Positions 1 through 9,925 are shown, counted from the stretch's first letter. The stretch is DNA of 64,000 nucleotides from Oscillospiraceae bacterium (GCA_035647835.1 DASRMS010000183.1:10100-74099); one strand, 5' to 3'. The notes: generated from the letters alone by a model not told the origin. A program made the numbers and translations.

Positions 1-639
1 CATCACCCAAGACTGAGTGTAAGCTTTTTCTATTGCCTCCGGGCTCAATTCTAAAAGAGACGCCAAACTATTTAAGAGGAAATTCTCGTCACCAATTTTG
101 CCTGGCACTACGCCTATTTCACGGACTGTGCCTGAATAAGCTAAAGGTTTATTGTTGCGATCTAAAATTGAGCCTCTTTGGGGAAAGTGACGTGTTACCC
201 TCGCAGCGTAGGCTGCCTCTAAATCCGGAAATACGAGATTATGATCCCAAGCTAAAAACCAGCTTTCTTCGCCCTTATGTAATGTAGCCTGGTAATGATG
301 AGAGAAACGTTCAACTGTACTTGTTTCAAACTCCAGGGTATAGCTAACTGTAACCTGCTCATCAACAATTTCACCAACCTCGACCTCGTGAATGGTAATT
401 GCTTTAAGCCCAATACCGCTGGAAATATTATTATATCTGCTGATAAATGTATTTTCATCATGAATTGTTTTTGCCTCATCCGTTAATAACTGATACATTG
501 ACTCGTATTCTTCGCTATTCCAGTGCTGGATGAATAACTCAATGATTTCATCCGGTTCGGGGAAGCTGCTGCCGGCACAACCCACAGCAATCAGCAGTAT
601 CATTAAAATGTACATGAGGAAAAACAGTTTCTTTTTCAT
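1..639 (-). CDS. penicillin-binding protein, N-terminal part (gene continues beyond window start)
   Basis: ATG at 639 follows AGGAG. The frame stays open to base 1 (213 codons); it is missing from the ORF track because no stop lies in the window. Lipoprotein-like signal MKKKLFFLMYILMILLIAVGC, then RGSILDRNNKPLA, a motif typical of PBP dimerisation domains. Confidence 0.6.
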   Translation of the reverse strand, partial: MKKKLFFLMYILMILLIAVGCAGSSFPEPDEIIELFIQHWNSEEYESMYQLLTDEAKTIHDENTFISRYNNISSGIGLKAITIHEVEVGEIVDEQVTVSYTLEFETSTVERFSHHYQATLHKGEESWFLAWDHNLVFPDLEAAYAARVTRHFPQRGSILDRNNKPLAYSGTVREIGVVPGKIGDENFLLNSLASLLELSPEAIEKAYTQSWVM

Positions 640-766
640 TTACCATCAACTCCTAAAGTAATTCCCTTCATTATATAAGTAACAATTTCTACAGCATACT
701 GAAATCTCCTTCAAAACACACAGGTACGTCATTCAAGAACCCTAGAGAAGTTTCACGGCAAATAAA

Positions 767-817
767 CAGCCCAACTGCCAGTTAAAGACTCGCGGTTGGG
801 CTGTTGAGTATTTTTTT
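767..817. terminator. bidirectional intrinsic terminator
   Basis: Stem cagcccaac (767-775) pairs with gttgggctg (795-803). A T7 run lies on the plus side and a T-rich tail on the minus side, downstream of the minus-strand transporter gene. Confidence 0.55.
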
Positions 818-914
818 CAGCTAAAGGCAGCCTTTCCCCCGTGCTTGGAGCCACAGGACACAAGGGTTTCCTAAGCTGTGCTTACTCCAATACTACGGTG
901 GAAACGCAAGCTGA

Positions 915-2321
915 CTAAACTCCCGCTTGTGAAGCTGAGTCAGCTTCTCTGTTAGCACGAAGTTGATTTTGCATGTTTAGTACAGTCTCAATAGTAAGCT
1001 TGTTAAAGAGAGTTGTTATCACAAGGGCAACGGCAATAAAAAGCATCGGTACTAAATGAATAATAGCACGAATATTGGCAGCCAATTGCGGAGTATACTC
1101 CATCTCCGCTACATAGCCGATTGCTGCAAGAGAGAAGCCAATCACACCACTGGAAACAATTTTGCCTAGTTTGGGAGAAAGGTTAGTTAGATTCATGATA
1201 AATGGCGTGGCAACTTTGCCTGTCTTAAGTTCTCCATAGTCGCAGCAGTCCGAGAACATGGCAAATGAAATCCCCATCATAAAGGAAACGCCGACCTGAT
1301 TGATGCCCATAAAAATAATAAATGTGATTAAATCTCGGGCAAAGAGATAAGCCAGTGTGTGTCCAACTAAACAAAGGACTAAACCTGCCGTATAGATATG
1401 CCTTTTATCCATGTACTTACTGACAAGTTGAACCAGCAGAGATGCTACGACACCTATCACGGCTATGGAGGACATGAAAACAGGCATTAAGGACATGTTT
1501 TGTATAATATAACGGAAGTAATAGGCAATAGTGTAGGTTAAGGCAAAAGCAGCGACATTGCGGGCAGTTTCGCCAAAAATCAAAGCCAGCAGCGGGGGAC
1601 TCTTAAAAAGCTGCTGCAGCATTTCTTTGCCTGATATATTACTTTTCTTTTGCTGTGCCGCACTTTGGGAGTTATTACGGGTTTCATAGGGTTCCGTGAC
1701 TTTAAATACAAGCCAAAACATAGTTAACATGACAGAGGAAAGAACTAGTGAAGTAAAGGTATAGCCGCGAACTGCCGGCACGGTCGCACCTCTGGCAGTA
1801 AAAAAGAGCAGCATCGGCATGGAGATTGCGCCAAAAATAAAGCGGCTAATGGAGCTGAACTGTAATCTTCTGATGGAAAGGATGGCTCTATCTTCAGGAG
1901 TTTTGCCCAAAATAGGCAGGATTGCACTAAGCGCACCAAAAGAGAGATTGTATGAGCCATGGGCGATAGTATAAATAATGATGATCCAAAGGTAACGAAA
2001 TACTCCTTCTAAAGGCGGATTAGTAAAAATTAGCGTAAATGTGATTAAGGTGATGGGTGGCCCAATCAGCATCCAAGAACGGTTTTTGCCCCACGGTAGG
2101 TTTGATTTTTGCATAATTACACCGGCGGTTGGCACAGTTAACATATCAAATAAGTTCAAAACCATCATCAGCGTAGCCATCACAGCGGCAGGCATCAATA
2201 GTACATCGGTTAGAAAAAAGGCATAGTAGTTCGAGGTCATACTGACCATGAGCGAGAAACCTAAATTAGCAAGTCCATAGGTATTAACAACTACATTTGT
2301 AACTCTTTGCGGTGCTGACAT
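915..2321 (-). CDS. GPH/MFS family glycoside-pentoside-hexuronide:cation symporter-like transporter
   Basis: 468-aa polytopic membrane protein (about 12 hydrophobic segments). The N-terminal region resembles MelB/GPH transporters. Confidence 0.6.
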   Translation of the reverse strand: MSAPQRVTNVVVNTYGLANLGFSLMVSMTSNYYAFFLTDVLLMPAAVMATLMMVLNLFDMLTVPTAGVIMQKSNLPWGKNRSWMLIGPPITLITFTLIFTNPPLEGVFRYLWIIIIYTIAHGSYNLSFGALSAILPILGKTPEDRAILSIRRLQFSSISRFIFGAISMPMLLFFTARGATVPAVRGYTFTSLVLSSVMLTMFWLVFKVTEPYETRNNSQSAAQQKKSNISGKEMLQQLFKSPPLLALIFGETARNVAAFALTYTIAYYFRYIIQNMSLMPVFMSSIAVIGVVASLLVQLVSKYMDKRHIYTAGLVLCLVGHTLAYLFARDLITFIIFMGINQVGVSFMMGISFAMFSDCCDYGELKTGKVATPFIMNLTNLSPKLGKIVSSGVIGFSLAAIGYVAEMEYTPQLAANIRAIIHLVPMLFIAVALVITTLFNKLTIETVLNMQNQLRANREADSASQAGV

Positions 2322-2575
2322 CTTATTCTCCTCCTTGTTTGAGCATGAACCACAACTTCCTGACGATCGTTCCTTAAGGCAACAGCACTCATTATTGGAA
2401 AAAAACTATTACTAAGGTATAGGAAGTACTTATATTAGCGCGAATGTTAGATAATTCGATATTATCACACCATTTAGGCGATGTAAACTGTGTTTCCAGG
2501 CTTCTTTTGGCCTAACAGCATCACAGCACTGATGTAAAGGATACAATATTTCTGCTCTGTTAATTCTAGATAAAT

Positions 2576-2612
2576 GTAAAAATGAGCAGACACATCATGC
2601 CTGCTCATTTTT
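2576..2612 (-). terminator. intrinsic terminator after the URO-D-like remnant
   Basis: Stem aatgagcag / ctgctcatt; the A-run on the plus strand is a U-run on the minus transcript. It abuts the stop codon at 2611-2613. Confidence 0.6.
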
Positions 2613-3017
2613 AGGGAAATCTCTCGTACTTTTGGTAAAAGGTACGGCCATAATTATCTGCTTCCTCGTTTAACCATTTTACTCGTTCGGGATTTCTTTC
2701 GGTAGCGCCACTGCACCAGAAAACATACCTGCCTGTTGGTGCATAGGAATCTAAAGCCAGCCGCACCGATGCTCGTACCGCTTCTTCATCTGAATCAGTC
2801 TGATTCCCCGGGCCAAAAGCGTCCCAGCCACCGATACAGACAATGCCGTAATCCCGCTTGTCCTTTTCAATATCATTAAAGACTTGGAAAGGTTGAATCA
2901 CTGAAACACCCATGTCTACAGAATCAGCAATTAAAGGATCAACATAACCATCAACATGGGCGGCGTTTACTGTTAATAAGCGCTGAAAATCTTTACTATC
3001 TAAACTTAGCGGGAAGT
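2611..3017 (-). pseudogene. 5'-truncated remnant of a uroporphyrinogen-decarboxylase (URO-D/MtaA-like) family gene
   Basis: The frame is open from 3017 down to the stop at 2611, but the only start codon is the ATG at 2913. The start-less upstream 35 codons (LSLDSKDFQRLLTVNAAHVDGYVDPLIADSVD) read like continuous family sequence and abut the formamidase stop codon. Only about 135 aa of an expected 340+ aa are present. Confidence 0.45.
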
Positions 3018-3932
3018 TTAAGAAGCACCAATTCCCGCAAAACCTAACTGTGCAAGTACAGCTTTCGGAAACTCAAAGCGAATAGTGAGCTCCGGGTCCA
3101 CAACTTGACAGAACTTCAAGTTGCCCACAAGGCTCATCAAACGGCCGGCATCCCCTTGGCTCAAACCGACGATACCCGTCAAGAAATCGAACATGTTATC
3201 CACGGCCTCTTTGAGCGCTTTGTCCGAGGTTTTTGCTGTGGCAATGGTCGCATATAGCTCGGCGGTCTCAACAAAAGGTGTCGGCAGCTGCGGCTCATCC
3301 ACTACAGCGGCCGCAAGGGTGATCTGTGCCGGTGTTTCGGCTCCACAGACCAAAACCTCACCATCGCCCATCAAGGCGTGGGCATCACCGCAGCCAAACA
3401 GTCCGTCATCGACAGCAGCGTGCAGGTAAAGCGAGGCGCCCTCACCGATTAAGTTGCAATCCATATTGCCGCCGTGTTTGCCCGGTGTGCCATTGGGGAT
3501 GCTTCCTTCCTGCGGGGCCAAGCCGATTACACCAATCATTGGTTTTAACGGCAAATGCAAGTCCCCCTTCTCCGTCGAGACGGAGAGCACGCCATTATCA
3601 TTGTCCATCACCCGCGTTGAAGCCTCAGTGATACCGCTAACCATTCCGGCGCCGGGAATAGTGGTCATGACTGATTTACCAGTCATCTCCAGCTTCTTGA
3701 TGTCGATACGAACCAGATCGCCAGGTTTAACACCTTCGATTGCGACTGGCCCGGTTGCAGGATTGATTCGATCCCAATCCAATTTATCTAGGGTGTCTGC
3801 ATCGGAGCTCAATTGGTTGGCAAAGCAATCACAGGTATTAAGTATAAACTCCTCATGTTGGGCGACCATCAAAAGGGGCTTCAGGGTCGGTGCAAAGGCG
3901 TAGAATACCTGATCATGATTTAGTAATTTCAT
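3018..3932 (-). CDS. acetamidase/formamidase family amidohydrolase
   Basis: 304 aa. FmdA/AmdA-like sequence with the CDC and GDGE-type motifs of the family. Its start overlaps the upstream permease stop by 4 nt. Confidence 0.75.
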   Translation of the reverse strand: MKLLNHDQVFYAFAPTLKPLLMVAQHEEFILNTCDCFANQLSSDADTLDKLDWDRINPATGPVAIEGVKPGDLVRIDIKKLEMTGKSVMTTIPGAGMVSGITEASTRVMDNDNGVLSVSTEKGDLHLPLKPMIGVIGLAPQEGSIPNGTPGKHGGNMDCNLIGEGASLYLHAAVDDGLFGCGDAHALMGDGEVLVCGAETPAQITLAAAVVDEPQLPTPFVETAELYATIATAKTSDKALKEAVDNMFDFLTGIVGLSQGDAGRLMSLVGNLKFCQVVDPELTIRFEFPKAVLAQLGFAGIGAS

Positions 3933-5077
3933 GCCTCTTCCTCCTGTTTCTTATTTTTTATCATTTTATCTCTCTTTTTCGAACCGCTGGGTAATCTGCG
4001 TTTGATGCTTTGCCAGGTTAGCTCTCTCCCACCGGTGATACCGTCCGCCTGCCAGACCAAAAATATGATCATCATAATAGCAACGACGATTTCTGTCGAA
4101 CCAGATGCTTCAAAGCCGCTCCTGGTGAGAAACAGCTCAGCTTGCCGTAAGCCCTGCCGTAACAGAGTAACTAAGAGCGTCCCGAAAAAGGCTCCCGAGA
4201 CAGACATTGAGCCGCCTATTACCAGCATGGAAAGGATCAGAAAAAGCTCACTCATATAAAAGGAAGAGGCGGTAATCGACAGAATGTAGTGTGAATATAG
4301 GCCACCAGCAAGGCCGCCGATACATGCGCTTATCACATAACCAAAATAGCGCACCGCGACGAAGTTGATCCCGCTGGAGCGGGCGGCATGACGATCATCA
4401 CGGGTTGCCCGCAGCTTCAAACCGAGAGACGATTCCTTAAAATAATAGACAGCGATGATCACGAGCACCGCTACTCCGAGCGCTACCCAGAGGGTAGTCA
4501 GACGCTGCGTCCCGCCAAGAGTGAAGGTTCTCGGACCATTAGTTACTTGTGACCATTGGGAAAGCATCACATTGATCACAATTAGCAGCGCAAACTGAGT
4601 GATCGCTCCAACCGCATCGGATAGGCGCATCATGGGCCACGCAACGATGGCTGCTACGATCATTGCCACCACGGCCCCAGCTGCCAGCGCTAGGGGAAAG
4701 GGTAAGTGCAGATTGATTAAAAAAGGATACATCGTAGGAATTTGCATAGCTTTGACTGCCGGCGTCATAGAGAAGATCGCCGAGGTAAAAGCTCCGATAC
4801 CCACATAGCCGACATAACTCCAATTCAAAATTCCAGAGTTACCCATGTAAAGCTGAAAACCAAGCGTCATAATCAGCGTAATGGTAGCGGCAGTAAAGAT
4901 GTCCTCAATAAAGGGGATGTTTAGCCACCAAATAAAGAAGCCAATGGCTGTAAGAATAAAGATAAGGAAAACCACCGTTGAAGATTTGCGGGTAAAGTCA
5001 AAGTATTCGATAAAATCTCTTACGGCAGACCGCTTATTGCTCTCCTGTTTGGGGGAAAAACTCTTCGCTGAATTCAT
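3929..5077 (-). CDS. branched-chain amino acid/amide ABC transporter permease (LivM-like)
   Basis: 382-aa polytopic protein of the LivM-type permease family. It overlaps its neighbours by 4 nt. Confidence 0.8.
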   Translation of the reverse strand: MNSAKSFSPKQESNKRSAVRDFIEYFDFTRKSSTVVFLIFILTAIGFFIWWLNIPFIEDIFTAATITLIMTLGFQLYMGNSGILNWSYVGYVGIGAFTSAIFSMTPAVKAMQIPTMYPFLINLHLPFPLALAAGAVVAMIVAAIVAWPMMRLSDAVGAITQFALLIVINVMLSQWSQVTNGPRTFTLGGTQRLTTLWVALGVAVLVIIAVYYFKESSLGLKLRATRDDRHAARSSGINFVAVRYFGYVISACIGGLAGGLYSHYILSITASSFYMSELFLILSMLVIGGSMSVSGAFFGTLLVTLLRQGLRQAELFLTRSGFEASGSTEIVVAIMMIIFLVWQADGITGGRELTWQSIKRRLPSGSKKRDKMIKNKKQEEEA

Positions 5078-5976
5078 CCTACACGCTCCTCCTGGTAGTT
5101 GCCACGCAGCAGTCCCTCGGGTTTAAGTACGAGAAATGCTATGACGATTGCGAACATAAAAGCATCACGGAAGGACAGTAACGAGGAAGGAAGTGTTAGC
5201 GAGAGAACGTTAGCTATAAGTGCGTAGACAAACCCGCCCACCACTGACCCGGGTAGTGAATGCATGCCACCGATGACCACAGCAATAAAGCCGATCAGCA
5301 AGGGTGTCGCGCCCATCATGGGTTCAACGGAGCCTGTGCGCGCAGACCAAAAAATAGCTACCACGCCGGCTAGAAAACCGCTGATGATGAAAGCTACCGA
5401 AATCATGAGATTTGCTGGTACGCCCATCAGACGAGCAGTGACAAAGTTCTCGGAGGCGCCGCGCATCGCCACACCTAGTGTAGTATATTTCATGATAAGC
5501 ACAAGGGCTGTCAGCAGCACAACGGTAGTCCCGATAATCAGGAGGTTGCGCAGCGGCGTGATCACCCCGAGTATCTGAATATTCATATTGAAAAATGCCG
5601 GAATAGGTACAGCTTTGGAACGCGGGCTGATCCCTAATTGAAAGAGGCGCTGCAAGATAACGCTTACCGCAAAAGAGGTGACCAGCAAGGCGTCCAGTGA
5701 ACGTTCACGAAAGGCCCGGAAGGCTACCAGTTCGCTTAAGAAACCGACTGCTACGCCGGAGGCAATACCCAATAGAAAAACCACTGGCCAGGGCAGACTG
5801 GTGAAAGCACCAAGGAAATACAAAACATAGGCACTTACGGTAATAAATTCGCCATAGGCATAGTTGACCAATTGACAAATGCCAAAGACAAATACCAGAC
5901 CCAAAGAGATCAAGGCGTAGAGACTGCCCATGCTTAGTACGTTGATGGCAAACTCAAGCAATATTTCTGCATTCAT
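5074..5976 (-). CDS. branched-chain amino acid/amide ABC transporter permease (LivH-like)
   Basis: 300-aa polytopic protein of the LivH-type permease family. Confidence 0.8.
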   Translation of the reverse strand: MNAEILLEFAINVLSMGSLYALISLGLVFVFGICQLVNYAYGEFITVSAYVLYFLGAFTSLPWPVVFLLGIASGVAVGFLSELVAFRAFRERSLDALLVTSFAVSVILQRLFQLGISPRSKAVPIPAFFNMNIQILGVITPLRNLLIIGTTVVLLTALVLIMKYTTLGVAMRGASENFVTARLMGVPANLMISVAFIISGFLAGVVAIFWSARTGSVEPMMGATPLLIGFIAVVIGGMHSLPGSVVGGFVYALIANVLSLTLPSSLLSFRDAFMFAIVIAFLVLKPEGLLRGNYQEERVG

Positions 5977-6713
5977 TAGACATCTCCTCCATTCTGGCCG
6001 CCAAGATACACCGATGTGATATCCACGCTGCCCTCGAGGTCCTGAGGTCGGCCGGAATATTCAATTTTTCCGTTGGACAACAAATAAGCACGGTCGGCGA
6101 TGCCGAGAGCTCTTTGGGCATTCTGCTCAACCAGCAGGATGGTGATGCCGCGGGACTTGAGCTCAATGATCAGCTCGAAAATTTGATCAACAAGCGCGGG
6201 TGAAAGACCCAGTGACGGCTCGTCCATCATCAGCAGATCGGGATTTGAAATCAATCCGCGCGCGATTGCCAGCATTTGCTGTTCGCCGCCGGAAAGCAGA
6301 CCGCCGGCCTGATGATAACGTTCTTTCAGAATGGGAAACAGGGTGAATAAATCCTCTAGGTCTGCGGCGTAACTCTTGTCTAAACGACGTCCAAAGGCAC
6401 CGATGCGCAGATTCTCCTCTACCGTAAGCGACGGGAAAATCTCGCGACCTTCCGGCACTAGGGCCATGCCAAGTTTATGGAGATGTTCCGGCTTACTGCC
6501 CGTGACGTCTTTGCCCTTAAAGCGAATGCTGCCCGATCGGGGCTTCAGCACACCTGCTATTGCCTTTAAGACAGTTGATTTGCCAGCACCGTTGACACCG
6601 CAGATGCTCACCAATTCACCTTGATGGACTTCCATACAGATCCCGTGGAGAGCCTGTATGGAACCGTAGGCCACGTAAAGATCCGAGATTTCAAGAACCG
6701 GGTTATTTGTCAT
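5976..6713 (-). CDS. ABC transporter ATP-binding protein (LivF-like)
   Basis: Walker A GVNGAGKST, signature LSGGEQQ, Walker B LLMMDEPS. Confidence 0.85.
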   Translation of the reverse strand: MTNNPVLEISDLYVAYGSIQALHGICMEVHQGELVSICGVNGAGKSTVLKAIAGVLKPRSGSIRFKGKDVTGSKPEHLHKLGMALVPEGREIFPSLTVEENLRIGAFGRRLDKSYAADLEDLFTLFPILKERYHQAGGLLSGGEQQMLAIARGLISNPDLLMMDEPSLGLSPALVDQIFELIIELKSRGITILLVEQNAQRALGIADRAYLLSNGKIEYSGRPQDLEGSVDITSVYLGGQNGGDV

Positions 6714-7441
6714 GATGCAGCACTCCCCAAATACGCCTTCACAACCTCTGGATTTTTACGTACATCCTCGGGTATACCCTCGGCGATGGTTTTTCCATAG
6801 TTCAACACGTGCAGGCGGTTGCAAAGGTTCATAATTAAACTCATATCATGATCAACGATGATGATGCCAATCTTCTTGTTGTCGGGCATCGATCTCAAGA
6901 GAGACAACAGCCCATCCGTTTCCTCTTCGTTCAGGCCAGCCGCCGGTTCGTCAAGCAGCAGGAATTTCGGCTGTGCTGCCAAGGCGCGCGCAATCTCCAG
7001 CAAACGCTGATCGCGAAATGTCAAGCCAGAAGCAGGCAGATCGATCTTATCGCCCAGTCCCAGTTCCCCTAATAGTGCGACTGCTAGGTGTGCCGCTTCA
7101 CGGCGTTTTGTACCCACACCAATGGCACCAATCATAGCATTTTCGAGACAGCTGAGGTTCTGGAAGATTCGGATAGTCTGATAGGTGCGTACTAAACCAT
7201 AGAAAGGAACCCGATAGGCGGGCTCATCGCCAATATTGTGGTTATCAAGCAATATCTGTCCACTGTCCTTGGCCAGCATGCCTGTCATCAGATTTATCAA
7301 TGTTGTTTTGCCTGAACCATTCGGCCCAATCAGGCCAAGGATCTCGCCAGTCTCAAGGTGCAAGCTGACATCATCTACAGCTTTCAGGCCGGCAAAAGAC
7401 TTGCTTAGCGCTCTCACGAAGAAGGTAGATTTACTTTCCAT
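6710..7441 (-). CDS. ABC transporter ATP-binding protein (LivG-like)
   Basis: Walker A GPNGSGKTT and Walker B LLLDEPAAG. I prefer the ATG at 7441 (GGAGAG 7 nt upstream) over the GTG at 7459 used in the ORF track. Confidence 0.8.
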   Translation of the reverse strand: MESKSTFFVRALSKSFAGLKAVDDVSLHLETGEILGLIGPNGSGKTTLINLMTGMLAKDSGQILLDNHNIGDEPAYRVPFYGLVRTYQTIRIFQNLSCLENAMIGAIGVGTKRREAAHLAVALLGELGLGDKIDLPASGLTFRDQRLLEIARALAAQPKFLLLDEPAAGLNEEETDGLLSLLRSMPDNKKIGIIIVDHDMSLIMNLCNRLHVLNYGKTIAEGIPEDVRKNPEVVKAYLGSAAS

Positions 7442-7572
7442 AATGTCACTCTCCAACACTGCAAGCGTGCTCTATCAATAGAACACGCTTGCCTTTTATC
7501 TCAAACGCTGTTTTGTCAATTATATCTTAATCTACACATGAGTATCTCAATCGATCTAACTTTTAGTGGGTC

Positions 7573-8775
7573 TTACGGCCGTGGCAGGTAATCGGGGGTT
7601 ACCCATTCGAGAAAGACAGACTTACCTTTTACAAGTTCCATTACAGCAGCAGCCTTGTTTGGTTCATGGCCGCTTGCTGCATCAGACCAATCCAGCTTCC
7701 CTGTCAGCAATTCGAAGGTAGTGTCTTCCATATACTTGGCCATTTTGTCGCCTTCGAGGCCACCTTCACGCATGGCTTCGGCGAGTACCATTACGACGTC
7801 ATAACCAGACATCGACCAAGGAGCATCAACATCCCTGCCGTGTAATTCTTTATAAGCTGCGTTGTATTCGTTAAATCCGGGTACCGCGGCTTCACTGTTA
7901 TAGCTGTGAGAATCCCAGAAAATATCGTTGCCAAAGTCTGGGCCGAGCAGGTCGAAAAGCGCCGGGTCATCATAAGCATCGCCGCCATAAATCGGAGAAT
8001 CGATACCAGCGGTGCGAAACTCCTTGATGATCGTGCCCAGGTCGGGCATATAGGAGCTGATGTAAATGAAGTCGGGAGTTTCCGGCAGAGCCTTGTAGTG
8101 AGCAATCAGTGCAGCAGTGTCTGCTTTGCCTTGGCTGAAAACATCCTCCCGCAATACTGTACCGCCAAGTTTCTCGTAGCATTCTACAAAGTAGCGTGAA
8201 AGGCTCTTGGTGTAATCGATGAAATCATCGGTGACCACATAGACGGTTTTTAAACCATCCTTCACATAGGCTTTTTCAGCCATTACAGCACCCATGGTGG
8301 TGTTCCACATGGACAGCGTGAACTGTTTGTCACCAAGCATAGTGCTGCCGAATAACGGCGAAGAAGCACTCGGGCTGATGCCAACAATGCCAGCTTCCTG
8401 AGCAGCGCGAGCTGCCGGACCGCCGAAGTCATAATCCGAGGAGGTAATGATAGCTGCAGCACCCTGGTCGATAAGCTGCTTGGCTACTTCCGCGGCTGTT
8501 GCCGAATCAGATTTAGAGTCCATATTGCGGAACTCCAACATCTTTCCGTCGATTCCGCCATTTGCGTTGATTTCCTTGATGGCCACTTCGATACCTTCCG
8601 CAGCCGGAGCATCTAGTGGGCCTTGGATGCCTGTCATAGACATCGCGCCGCCAATGATAATTGTGTCACCATCTGTCTTTGGTCCAGTCTCTTCCCTGCG
8701 GCACCCTGTTGCTGTGATCATTAAACCCACAGCCATAAGAACTACCAGCAGCAGAAAGATAATTCTTCGTTTCAT
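7573..8775 (-). CDS. ABC transporter periplasmic-type substrate-binding lipoprotein (Leu/Ile/Val or amide/urea binding family)
   Basis: Signal peptide with lipobox ITATGC, type-I periplasmic binding fold family. I prefer the ATG at 8775 (MKRRIIF...) over the TTG at 8793. Confidence 0.75.
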   Translation of the reverse strand: MKRRIIFLLLVVLMAVGLMITATGCRREETGPKTDGDTIIIGGAMSMTGIQGPLDAPAAEGIEVAIKEINANGGIDGKMLEFRNMDSKSDSATAAEVAKQLIDQGAAAIITSSDYDFGGPAARAAQEAGIVGISPSASSPLFGSTMLGDKQFTLSMWNTTMGAVMAEKAYVKDGLKTVYVVTDDFIDYTKSLSRYFVECYEKLGGTVLREDVFSQGKADTAALIAHYKALPETPDFIYISSYMPDLGTIIKEFRTAGIDSPIYGGDAYDDPALFDLLGPDFGNDIFWDSHSYNSEAAVPGFNEYNAAYKELHGRDVDAPWSMSGYDVVMVLAEAMREGGLEGDKMAKYMEDTTFELLTGKLDWSDAASGHEPNKAAAVMELVKGKSVFLEWVTPDYLPRP

Positions 8776-8861
8776 AATTACACCTACTTCCAAATTATTT
8801 TATTTTTTTCGGGCCCCCACCCGTTGACACGCAGAACTGGCTTAAATTTAATTTTCTTTTT

Positions 8862-8890
8862 ATTGTAGGACAGTTTTAATGTGGTGTCAA
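8862..8890 (-). promoter_or_regulatory. sigma-A type promoter of the amide ABC/formamidase operon
   Basis: On the minus strand: TTGACA, a 17-nt spacer, then TACAAT, about 85 nt upstream of the binding-protein start. Confidence 0.5.
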
Positions 8891-9048
8891 GCTGAATTGT
8901 TAATTCTCTGAAATAGCCAATGTGTGACAAAATTCATTTAAATAACATGCAAATTAACCACGGTGGCTGAAAACCGTGGTTAATTGATTTATTAGTTGAT
9001 CTTTTTAAGATCATTACATATTTATTTACTGATCTACAAAAACTTATT

Positions 9049-9684
9049 ATGAGACTAAAAATGCTATGCGGAGGGGTTATGACAAAAAATACGCCTATCA
9101 CAAAAGATTGGTTAATGCTAGGAATGTTAACAGGTGTGGGTGGAGCAATAGCAAAAGAATTAGTTAATTATGGTCTATTTAAAAAGAACATTCCAACAGT
9201 GCGCTACGCCAGTATTGCGGGTGGTGCTGTTCTAGGCAAAAGGGCTACATTTGGCATAATACCCAAGAAACCACGTACTACAGCTGAATGGGCCATTGGT
9301 CATGTTGGGGATATAGTTCTTGGCGGCTTGTTTGGCAGTACCTTATCATATGTGATTTCGAAAAGTCCTCCTGGCAATGAAATTACAAAAGGTATAGGTG
9401 GTGGGGTGACGCTTTGGGCAACCACTCTAGCATTTGGAAACCTCTTGAATTTAGATGGTTTAGCTCGTATTAAGCCAAATCAAATGGCATCTTTACTCGC
9501 TGTGAGTGCTCTCTTCGGCGGGACGCAGGGATATTTCCTTGGCAAGTATAGAGAAGGATTAATTGAACCGTCATACCCGATTAAGGTACAGGAAACTAGT
9601 GATGACCAATACAAAAGTAGAAGAATGGGAAATAGACGTACTAGAAACATGGAGAAACATACCAATCAACCTATCATGCATTAA
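9049..9684 (+). CDS. hypothetical membrane protein
   Basis: Gly-rich hydrophobic segments and a basic C-terminal tail; I recognise no family. An alternative start at ATG 9079 follows GGAGGGG. The segment is AT-rich. Confidence 0.45.
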   Translation: MRLKMLCGGVMTKNTPITKDWLMLGMLTGVGGAIAKELVNYGLFKKNIPTVRYASIAGGAVLGKRATFGIIPKKPRTTAEWAIGHVGDIVLGGLFGSTLSYVISKSPPGNEITKGIGGGVTLWATTLAFGNLLNLDGLARIKPNQMASLLAVSALFGGTQGYFLGKYREGLIEPSYPIKVQETSDDQYKSRRMGNRRTRNMEKHTNQPIMH

Positions 9685-9804
9685 AAGGGGCCGCAGAGGT
9701 CCCTTTATCATTTACTCTGTAGAGATCATGTGGCCTCTTACTAAGCTGAATAATTCCTGAGATGTATACCAAATGTATATTTTAGCCTATTTTAAATTTG
9801 GACG

Positions 9805-9836
9805 CAAAAAACCACAGGCTACAAAGACCTGTGGTT
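9805..9836 (-). terminator. intrinsic terminator downstream of tRNA-Pro
   Basis: Stem aaccacagg / cctgtggtt; the A-run on the plus strand is a U-run on the minus transcript. Confidence 0.6.
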
Positions 9837-9848
9837 ATTGGCTTATGA

Positions 9849-9925
9849 TGGTCGGAGCGACAGGATTTGAACCTGCGGCCTCTTGACCCCCAGTCAAGCG
9901 CGCTACCAAGCTGCGCCACGCCCCG
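9849..9925 (-). tRNA. tRNA-Pro (anticodon GGG), CCA encoded
   Basis: The reverse complement reads CGGGGCGTGGCGCAGCTTGGTAGCGCGCTTGACTGGGGGTCAAGAGGCCGCAGGTTCAAATCCTGTCGCTCCGACCA. It folds as a cloverleaf with a 7-bp acceptor stem, anticodon loop CTGGGGG and a GGTTCAAATCC T-arm. Confidence 0.9.

Noticed and set aside
8953-8984. 11-bp perfect hairpin attaaccacgg...ccgtggttaat, with a nearby palindrome gatcttTTTaagatc (8997-9011), in the divergent intergenic region
   Set aside because: No upstream gene exists for it to terminate and I cannot assign a regulator. It could be an operator or an orphan terminator, but the evidence is a single hairpin.
8794-9925. Possible genomic island anchored at tRNA-Pro (AT-rich orphan membrane-protein gene and accessory-looking amide operon next to the tRNA 3' end)
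   Set aside because: No integrase is present, I could not find a direct repeat of the tRNA 3' end, and boundaries cannot be defined from this window. It remains speculation only.
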